The notes under the pieces: generated by a model
What the model saw: only the letters and a program-made list of their open reading frames with translations
What the model was told of the DNA's origin: nothing
The model's database searches: none
Shown here: piece by piece, positions 47,439 through 54,526 of the stretch
Position numbering within the stretch: the first letter of the stretch is position 1
How the letters are laid out: each line of letters starts with the position of its first letter
Program-made: the position numbers and the translations under genes
From: a virus
Lineage: Duplodnaviria; Heunggongvirae; Uroviricota; Caudoviricetes
Length of the DNA: 56,823 nucleotides
Reading direction: 5' to 3' (one strand)
IMG/VR virus record: IMGVR_UViG_3300029615_000411
Location: 183,874 to 240,696 of that record

Positions 47439-47891
47439 TCACCCGAATAGTTGCTTCAGCAAATCATCCTGCACTTTGTCCTTTTCGCTTTTCTGCTCGG
47501 TATCGTTTGTCTTACTGATATTTTGTTTTTGAGTTCTGGGAACTGTTGGTTTCTTTTCTAAAAATGCAGCCAAAATGCTGTCATTCTCTTCTTTTCGTTT
47601 TTCTGAATACTTCGCTGTGGCTTCTGCGACAAATCTATCCAATTTTTCTTCCATAAAATCATCGGGAGGAACTTCGCCATCCCTCTCGATGAATGATAAT
47701 GAGCCTGACCAACGCGGTGCGAAATACTTATCCGCATCGCTCTGCGCGGAATCGCCCCAGAAATCTTGTCTTGCACGATACTCGCTTTCGATTGCATCGC
47801 GTTCCAGACACTTAGGGCAGATGGAAGACAGGTTGTTTTTGTCGACATCAAACAAGTCACCGCAGCGATTGCAGCGTCTTACCGAAATCAT
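47439..47891 (-). CDS. Hypothetical Zn-ribbon protein
   Basis: CNRC...CPKC at the N-terminus from ATG 47891. Confidence 0.7.
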   Translation of the reverse strand: MISVRRCNRCGDLFDVDKNNLSSICPKCLERDAIESEYRARQDFWGDSAQSDADKYFAPRWSGSLSFIERDGEVPPDDFMEEKLDRFVAEATAKYSEKRKEENDSILAAFLEKKPTVPRTQKQNISKTNDTEQKSEKDKVQDDLLKQLFG

Positions 47892-47898
47892 AACGAAA

Positions 47899-48333
47899 TT
47901 ACCCGTTATCGATTTCGTTCGATTTCGCTGCCCGCTTTTCCGCTGCCAGAGCTGCCAACGCTCTGCCGCGTTCCACGGCATTTACACGCTGCTCTTCTGT
48001 CAGTTTGCGGGGAGGGCGAATCTTGACCCATTTTTTGGGGAATGTAACTTCCACCATGTCGTCTCTTTTGCTGATGATTTTTACATCATCTGGATATTCT
48101 TCCGCAAGATTCAAGAGCATCTGACGCTTATGGGTATTCAGTGTGTAGCATGAGGCGTTCTGTTCCGCATTATTGAAATTGATGACGGTTTCTTTTTCGT
48201 ATGCTGCACTGAACTTGTTGACATCGCTGCTGTCGCCGATTGTATCTTCGGCGTCTTCGATGTCGTCATCATCTGCGTCAATTTCTGTATTTTCGATGGT
48301 GTTTAATTTCTGCAGTTCTTTATCTTCGCTCAT
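47899..48333 (-). CDS. Hypothetical protein
   Basis: RBS AAGGAG; EKETVINFN...FPKKWVKIRPPRKLTEEQR. Confidence 0.75.
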   Translation of the reverse strand: MSEDKELQKLNTIENTEIDADDDDIEDAEDTIGDSSDVNKFSAAYEKETVINFNNAEQNASCYTLNTHKRQMLLNLAEEYPDDVKIISKRDDMVEVTFPKKWVKIRPPRKLTEEQRVNAVERGRALAALAAEKRAAKSNEIDNG

Positions 48334-48343
48334 GTTATTCTCC

Positions 48344-48715
48344 TTAACGGTACATCTGCGGGAAGTCGTTACTGAAATCAATGTCTTCAATTATACTGTC
48401 TCTGTGGTATCTGTTTGCGCTGATGATGTTTTTCGCATGGGCAACAGCTTGCCACATCTTGTTGATTCCGAAAATAATAAGTACGAGACCTCCTACAATC
48501 AGAACAAAACGCAAGACATCAAACGCTTTACTTAATGTGTTACTTTGCAGGAAAGCGTTTATGCTTGATATCACAAATTCTCTGTTTATCAAAAGGTGGT
48601 GAGCTCCAATGAACATGACGGCTGAAACCGCACACAGCAAAACAGCCGTTACGGCACTCTTGCGTATCTTTCGACTTTTTGCGATGCCTTGAGCATCATA
48701 CAGAATATCGCTCAT
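48344..48715 (-). CDS. Membrane protein
   Basis: RBS GAGGAGG; two transmembrane segments; class-1 promoter. Confidence 0.75.
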   Translation of the reverse strand: MSDILYDAQGIAKSRKIRKSAVTAVLLCAVSAVMFIGAHHLLINREFVISSINAFLQSNTLSKAFDVLRFVLIVGGLVLIIFGINKMWQAVAHAKNIISANRYHRDSIIEDIDFSNDFPQMYR

Positions 48716-48804
48716 TGCGCCCTCCTCGGTATACTTATATTATACCACATATAGCCCAATTAGTCAATCATAAAACACACACAGAAAGTCGCTGCATCAG
48801 GAAT

Positions 48805-49257
48805 TTATCGATTGTGTATTCCGTAGGACTCGATGATTCTTTTGTAGCACAATTCGTTGATTTTTCTTTTCGGAGCTTTTGTGCCGTTCAGAATATGCTG
48901 CAGACCATATGATATACCGGTTGCTTCGTTAATTTCGCCACATTCATAAACCATAATGTGCCTGACTTTGCCATGTACAACAATGGCATTCACGACATCC
49001 TTGATGGTCTGTGCGTCTTGTGTTGACATGCCCCTTGATTCTTCTTCTGTTCTTTCGATGTTGAGATGGACAAGACCAACAACATTCTCTGTCTTGGAGA
49101 AATCGACCGTTCGAGAAGTTTCGTTTGTGATTCCAATTACGAGTGTGGGGGTCGAAAATCCAAGCTGGCTGCAGCTTTTCGCTGCTTTCTCATTCGTTGC
49201 GTTAATGCGACAAATGTAACTTGTATCTTCTTTTTTTGTGTGTAGGAACATCGTCAA
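48805..49257 (-). CDS. Hypothetical protein, possibly a degenerate tyrosine-phosphatase-like fold
   Basis: DAQTIKD.V, IMVYECGEINEATGI and INELCYKRI resemble the small PTP-like layout but lack HCxxGxxR. Confidence 0.5.
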   Translation of the reverse strand: MTMFLHTKKEDTSYICRINATNEKAAKSCSQLGFSTPTLVIGITNETSRTVDFSKTENVVGLVHLNIERTEEESRGMSTQDAQTIKDVVNAIVVHGKVRHIMVYECGEINEATGISYGLQHILNGTKAPKRKINELCYKRIIESYGIHNR

Positions 49258-49266
49258 TTAACACTC

Positions 49267-49415
49267 GGACTTCCAACTTTTCACGGGTTGCCCCGTTACT
49301 CAGTATGGATTTCTGCTTCATAGAGCGAGCTTACCGCAGGCCGCAGCCCTTGATAGAGGCTTACTCTCCACAGACTTTAAGATTCGGTCGTCCTGACCGT
49401 ACTGTTTGCCTGTGG
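49267..49415 (-). ncRNA. TnpB omegaRNA (reRNA) scaffold
   Basis: ACGGTCAGGACGACCG...GTCTGTGGAGA...CTCTATGAAGCAGAAATCC directly after the tnpB stop, as in IS605-type scaffolds; then hairpin ACGGG-GCAA-CCCGT. Confidence 0.7.
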
Positions 49416-50525
49416 TTATGAAGAGGCTGGCACAGCCAGCATGTCCATTCCTTTCTTTAGAATATTTTCTGCTGCATTTTTATCCCTATCGTGTGATGTA
49501 TTACACTTCGGGCAGACCCAATGCCGCACATTGAGGTTTTTAACCTCTTTGTTCTGGTATCCGCAGCAGGAACAGGTCTGGCTGCTTGGATAAAAGGTTG
49601 GTATTTTCACAACTACTCTTCCTGCCCAACTTGATTTGTACTCAAGCTGACGGAAGAACTCTCCCCAAGCAGCATCGGAAATGCTTTTTGCGAGACTGTG
49701 ATTACGAACCATACCCTTAATGTTAAGGTCTTCAACACAGATGATTTGGTTTTCTTTCACCAGTGCAGATGACAACTTATGTAAGGTATCTTTTCGTTTA
49801 TTGGTTACTTTTTCATGACAGCGAGCCACTTTGATGCGCTGCTTTTCCCAGTTGGTAGAGCCTTTCTTTTTGCGTGACAGCTTTTTCTGCTCGCGTTTGA
49901 GTTTAGCTTCTGCTTTCTGGAAATATTTGTGGTTCTGATGTTCGTTGCCATTGCTGTCAACAGCAAAGGATTTGATGCCAACATCCAAGCCGATAGCAGT
50001 ATTCTTAGCAGGAAGCGGTGCTACTTCTACTTCACAAAGAATGCTTACATAGTATTTGCCGCTTGCGGAACGGCGAATTGTTGCTTTGCAAATCTTACCT
50101 TCGATGTCGAGGCTCTTACGATAGCGCACTTTTCCAAGTGTGGGGAGCTGAATGTATTTATCGTCCACCTTAATGCCTTTTGGATTAGTGGTTGTGTAGG
50201 CTTCTTCTCCTCTTTTACGCTTGAAATTTGGGAAGCCTTTTCCGCTTTTAAAGAAACCTTTATAGGCATCGTCTAATTGGTGGCAGCTATATTTAAGGGC
50301 TTGGCTATCCACTTCGGCGAGCCACGGTAGATACTGCTTCATTTTTGGAAGTAGGTTCTGCGTATCAATATAGCTCATGCTTTCGCCGCGTCGCTTGTAG
50401 GCTTTTATCCGCCTATCTAATATAGAGTTATATACAAAGCGGCAGCAGCCGAGTGTTTTATTGATTTTTACTTTCTGCTCTTCTGTAGGCTCAAGCCGAA
50501 ATTTATAGCCTTTATGTATTTTCAA
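49416..50525 (-). CDS. tnpB: TnpB RNA-guided endonuclease
   Basis: N-terminal [19 protein letters not shown]; RuvC D/E/D intact (GLDVG, VEDL, DRDKNAA); Zn finger CSCC/CPKC. Confidence 0.96.
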   Translation of the reverse strand: MKIHKGYKFRLEPTEEQKVKINKTLGCCRFVYNSILDRRIKAYKRRGESMSYIDTQNLLPKMKQYLPWLAEVDSQALKYSCHQLDDAYKGFFKSGKGFPNFKRKRGEEAYTTTNPKGIKVDDKYIQLPTLGKVRYRKSLDIEGKICKATIRRSASGKYYVSILCEVEVAPLPAKNTAIGLDVGIKSFAVDSNGNEHQNHKYFQKAEAKLKREQKKLSRKKKGSTNWEKQRIKVARCHEKVTNKRKDTLHKLSSALVKENQIICVEDLNIKGMVRNHSLAKSISDAAWGEFFRQLEYKSSWAGRVVVKIPTFYPSSQTCSCCGYQNKEVKNLNVRHWVCPKCNTSHDRDKNAAENILKKGMDMLAVPASS

Positions 50526-50594
50526 CGTAGCTCACCTCCTTAATGGATTTTTGTGCTTGTGAATTAGTCAGACCCCCGGAAAAAGTTGAATGAC

Positions 50595-51062
50595 CTAACA
50601 CTCCTCAAAGTAAACCGGCGTCATGTTCTGTACAAACCATTTCGGCTTAGGAGTTTCCTTTTTGCGAACCAATGTTTTCAGGACATATTTGCTGCTTGCG
50701 GAGATTGGGTCTGTTGGTAAAACGATATCGTTGATTTCGGCAGATTCGTTAAAATAGCAGTATGTTGTACCACCTTTCGAGTGGACAATATAATCCTTCG
50801 GATTGAATGTCATGCCGTATAAGTCAATGGCATTCCCTGTATTCAATTCTGTCAAACGAACAAGGATTTCATAAGTCGCATTTGTATCAAACTCATCGCC
50901 AAACGCACTTCTTCCGGCAATCGCAATAATAAAAGATAGACCGCAGATATACTTTCCATTCTGCATCTTCATTGCATATACGGGGCCGTCGATTCCCTGT
51001 GCTAACTTTGTCGCGCACTTTCCCGCTTCGGTGAGCGAGAGAGTAAGGTTAAGATTTTTCAA
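50595..51062 (-). CDS. Hypothetical protein
   Basis: 155-aa ORF whose TAG stop is completed by the first base of the tnpB element. Confidence 0.75.
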   Translation of the reverse strand: MKNLNLTLSLTEAGKCATKLAQGIDGPVYAMKMQNGKYICGLSFIIAIAGRSAFGDEFDTNATYEILVRLTELNTGNAIDLYGMTFNPKDYIVHSKGGTTYCYFNESAEINDIVLPTDPISASSKYVLKTLVRKKETPKPKWFVQNMTPVYFEEC

Positions 51063-51271
51063 TTTGAATCCTCCGCAAATTCTTTCACAATAAAAGGAAT
51101 GGACATATTACCTGCCAGAACTATAGAGCCGATAGTGCCAATTCCATACCAAAGCTCTGCCGGTAACTGCCCGGCAAAAGCATCAACAATCGGGGTCATA
51201 ATAATGACGCCCATAAATGTAATCAGAAAAAAGAAAATGAACGTAACAATAGCAGTAATTTTATTTTCCAA
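51059..51271 (-). CDS. Small membrane protein
   Basis: RBS AAGGAG; two transmembrane segments; class-1 promoter at 51301-51332. Confidence 0.7.
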   Translation of the reverse strand: MENKITAIVTFIFFFLITFMGVIIMTPIVDAFAGQLPAELWYGIGTIGSIVLAGNMSIPFIVKEFAEDSN

Positions 51272-51397
51272 ATCGACATCTCCTTAAAGTTTTACTTGTT
51301 TATATTATACCTATTTTGCGCGTTATGGTCAATCAATTACGGTATTTTGTATTGATTATTTTGCCTTTTTGTGGTATATTGTAAATATAGTCAATCA

Positions 51398-51569
51398 GTG
51401 CGAATTCCAAGCGAACATAGCCTTGCTTGTCGCTTCGCACCAAATATTATAAAGAAAGGATAAGATTCCGTTGCAGTAAGTAGTATCTGACTATTATATA
51501 TAGTCAAAAAGCAGACAAACATTGTACAAAATGTACAACAACTTGTTGCTTTGTTTGTACAAGTTTGCT
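51398..51569 (+). promoter_or_regulatory. CRISPR leader (copy 3), driven by a class-1 promoter at 51352-51380
   Basis: Homologous to the other two leaders, in inverted orientation. Confidence 0.85.
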
Positions 51570-51879
51570 GTTGCAACCCGCATGGGTTGCGTTAGATTGA
51601 AATAGTAACAACATCATTTAGTCCTGCACAAATATCGCGTTGCAACCCGCATGGGTTGCGTTAGATTGAAATCGTGAAAATGGCGTTGCCAAATTAGAGG
51701 ACTATAAGTTGCAATCCACACGGGTTGCGTTAGATTGAAACACCGTTATTAACAGCGATGATTCTGTTGCCGTCCAGTTGCAACCCACACAGGTTGCATT
51801 AGATTGAAACGCGTGTCCCATTATGCTGGACACTGATTTTCCAGAGTTGCAACCCACACGGGTTGCGTTAAAGTAAAGA
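51570..51879 (+). CRISPR. Type I-C mini-array 3 (5 repeats, 4 spacers)
   Basis: Repeats at 51570, 51639, 51708, 51777 and 51846 (degenerate terminal); four 35-nt spacers. Confidence 0.95.
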
Positions 51880-51880
51880 A

Positions 51881-51921
51881 GACACGCTGCATAGATTCTT
51901 TCTATGCAGCGTGTCCTTTTT
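51881..51921. terminator. Terminator after array 3 (probably bidirectional)
   Basis: GACACGCTGCATAGA-TTCTT-TCTATGCAGCGTGTC followed by CTTTTT. Confidence 0.85.
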
Positions 51922-51928
51922 GTTCTAT

Positions 51929-52714
51929 TTAGTCCTCTTGTTGCTCGGTTTTAGCTCTGTTAATCTGCAGCAGCGAGTAGATACTTGTCACATCCGCCAG
52001 TTCTCTGCAATCGCTTTTGCCATTGGCAATGGACACATATGTCGGGAAGAATCCATCTGCACGGATATCAAAATCGTTTCGCTCTCCATCGCTAAAAGAA
52101 AACCGCACCCATCCTGCTTCCTCTGTAACGCCGGATAGATAGAACCGGTTCAGTTCATCATTGCTGTACATGAACTTTTCACGAGCGATATATTCAATAA
52201 CATACGAAAGCAATAAAGCAATGCTTAGATTCTTGCCTTCCAGATTTCCGAATTCATGCGATGTGAAATACTGTTTGCAGGTGTTGAGCAGCGCGACATT
52301 TTCACCGGATACATTGATGGATTCCATCAGCGTATCGCAAAGACTACTGCAGATACTCCCTGCTTCCTCTTCCCACTGCGACTGCCATGTATCCAGCGTA
52401 TCATCCTTGTCTGCCTGCACAAGATTGACATCATAGAGTTCATCGAGCTGTTCCCTACCCTCTTCGGTCAACGTGAACTCTTCAACTCGAATAATAGGGG
52501 GAATCTGGTCGTCCCAGTCGCCAATAGCCGGATACGGTAAATTGACAAAACATGAGGCATGGCTGAGGTACCCGGCTCTTGTTGCGTCTGCCATTTCTTT
52601 AGGTACCCGTTTCATAAGAAAGGTTACCCTTGAATGCACGATTGCATCTCGGCCTAATATATCTTTTCCTACAAAGAAGTTTTTAATTTTGTTCAAACTG
52701 TATTCGATAGCCAT
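51929..52714 (-). CDS. Hypothetical protein
   Basis: RBS AGGAG; downstream of parB. Confidence 0.75.
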   Translation of the reverse strand: MAIEYSLNKIKNFFVGKDILGRDAIVHSRVTFLMKRVPKEMADATRAGYLSHASCFVNLPYPAIGDWDDQIPPIIRVEEFTLTEEGREQLDELYDVNLVQADKDDTLDTWQSQWEEEAGSICSSLCDTLMESINVSGENVALLNTCKQYFTSHEFGNLEGKNLSIALLLSYVIEYIAREKFMYSNDELNRFYLSGVTEEAGWVRFSFSDGERNDFDIRADGFFPTYVSIANGKSDCRELADVTSIYSLLQINRAKTEQQED

Positions 52715-52735
52715 AAAACTACTCCTGCACTAAAA

Positions 52736-53815
52736 TCATGTATCATCATCGTCCCAAGAAGAACCGTCGATATACCCATCTTCGTATTTATTGCCGCGAT
52801 GATGCCCGTATACCGGGTCGATTCCGGCATCAAAGTCGCCGTCTGATTGTTGGATGGCGTTTTTTAATGCCGTTGTTTCCATGGAAATGTTAAGCACAAT
52901 GGGAAGAATACGAGTATCATCTGTTGCGTCTTCCGCCTCATCCAGACGATGGATTTGTGCTACGGTATCAGGGTTATTTAACTCTTTTATTGTTTCCAAA
53001 GTTGCTTTGAGCTTATCGAGATAATTGATTCTTGCTTTTTGTGCGGGAGGAAGCTCGCTTGTACTGATTGGAAGCGGGTCTTCCTTTTTGTCTTTTTTCT
53101 TGGCTGCTTTCTTCTTTTCTTTTTCAACCTTTGTTTTTTCGGTTTGCTTTTTCACCACTTTTTTGATGACATCTTCTTTTTCGTCATCATCTGCATCTTT
53201 AAAATCAGCGAACAGTTCAGCCTGTTCATTATCTTCCATGTCGGCGATAACTGCCGCATCGCCCTTTGCGATGTTTCCGGAATCGAGTTCCTCTGTGAAT
53301 TCTGGGCTGAGATTTTCTTCGATTTTCTGGTTGACGCGAATCGTATTTCCACTGCCGCTATACATGTCTGTAGCTGCTTTCAGTGCCTGCTTATCAGACA
53401 AACCATATTCAGCTTTCATGTTTTCGATATAGCGATTCGTAGCCTTACGAAGCTGTACTTCATCTCCGCCATTTCCACGACTTTGCAGATTCGAGGAATC
53501 CATGATGATTTCTTCCTGTCTTTCTGTGAGCCCATCATAAACGAGTGCTTCCGTTGTCATCCACGATTCTGGTTCTTGTTCGTGCAACAGTCGAATGGCA
53601 CGAGTTCGTCTTTCTCCAGCTAAAATCTTATATTTCCCATTTTTTTGCTTTGACAAAACAATGTTGTGCAAAAGACCGTTTTTCTTGATATTATCCGCCA
53701 GTTCTTCAATACTGGTCATGGAGTAATCATTGACGCTGTTGTACTCAATATTATCGAAAGAAACTGTCTCAAAATGCGCCTTACTATCAAGGCAGTTTAC
53801 AGTAAAAGTGCTCAT
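52736..53815 (-). CDS. parB: ParB/Spo0J-like protein
   Basis: IEELADNIKKNGLLHNIV and YKILAGERRTRA motifs; class-2 motif variant at 53845. Confidence 0.85.
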   Translation of the reverse strand: MSTFTVNCLDSKAHFETVSFDNIEYNSVNDYSMTSIEELADNIKKNGLLHNIVLSKQKNGKYKILAGERRTRAIRLLHEQEPESWMTTEALVYDGLTERQEEIIMDSSNLQSRGNGGDEVQLRKATNRYIENMKAEYGLSDKQALKAATDMYSGSGNTIRVNQKIEENLSPEFTEELDSGNIAKGDAAVIADMEDNEQAELFADFKDADDDEKEDVIKKVVKKQTEKTKVEKEKKKAAKKKDKKEDPLPISTSELPPAQKARINYLDKLKATLETIKELNNPDTVAQIHRLDEAEDATDDTRILPIVLNISMETTALKNAIQQSDGDFDAGIDPVYGHHRGNKYEDGYIDGSSWDDDDT

Positions 53816-53986
53816 ATTTTCTCTCCTTTTACTTTATTTTACGAACTATGCAGCAAATGTCCATTTTGTATTTGTAAAAAAGAAATGAAAACTCACCGAT
53901 ACAGCAAAAAAGCCGAGAGCCGTAAAAGACTCTCGACTGGAAAAGTTGACTATAATGTGGTATAATAAAATAAAAAGGGGGATATT

Positions 53987-54526
53987 ATGGAATTTTATGT
54001 TGGACAGCAAAAAGACGAATGGCGTCTACACCAAGACTATTCTTCCTTGCAATACGAAGGCTCGTTTTGGTACCTGTTTTACGGAAAAAGAGATTTTCCG
54101 GATGAACTGCTGCACAGCATCGAGGACGATGGATTCAAAGCTATTGTTGCCGAGGTAAATGAGTGTATCTTTTTTATGCATTCCTTTGGTTCCAACAATT
54201 GGGAACGCGTTGCCTATGAACCCCGTGTGACAGGACGAGACGCCAAAATACCTGCGCTTGATGAAGAAACGCCTACTCTTCTTTTGATACTTGGCGTTGA
54301 TACTACAACAGGACAGCTGAAATGTATCCGAGATATTATGCTTCGCGGGAAAATCGTCAAGGAACTTCATGAACTATCACAAAAGCATCTCGCCGACGAA
54401 TCAATTTCCGGAGACTTTTTTGCTAATAGTATTCGCCGTACGCTTACGCAATATCACACAACCGAGGAAATGATACATAAAGTAGGATTTGAAAATCTTT
54501 ATATGTGCGCCGCTAACACATTATGA
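53987..54526 (+). CDS. Hypothetical protein
   Basis: RBS AAGGGGG with extended -10 upstream. Confidence 0.7.
   Translation: MEFYVGQQKDEWRLHQDYSSLQYEGSFWYLFYGKRDFPDELLHSIEDDGFKAIVAEVNECIFFMHSFGSNNWERVAYEPRVTGRDAKIPALDEETPTLLLILGVDTTTGQLKCIRDIMLRGKIVKELHELSQKHLADESISGDFFANSIRRTLTQYHTTEEMIHKVGFENLYMCAANTL

Larger units (their letters stand above)
49267..50595 (-). mobile_element. Non-autonomous tnpB element with terminal inverted repeats and 8-bp target-site duplication
   Basis: TAACACTC at 49259-49266 and 50596-50603; ends GGACTTCCAACTTTTCACGGG and (reverse complement) GGTCATTCAACTTTTTCCGGG, 16/21 identical; no transposase inside. Confidence 0.85.

Noticed and set aside
18286..51845. Self-targeting spacers
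   Set aside because: No match to any of the 8 spacers was noticed in the window by eye; a computational search is still needed.
49416..51879. TnpB plus array 3 as a type V (Cas12f-like) system
   Set aside because: The repeat and leader match those of the type I-C arrays, tnpB has its own omegaRNA and element ends, and two unrelated genes intervene.
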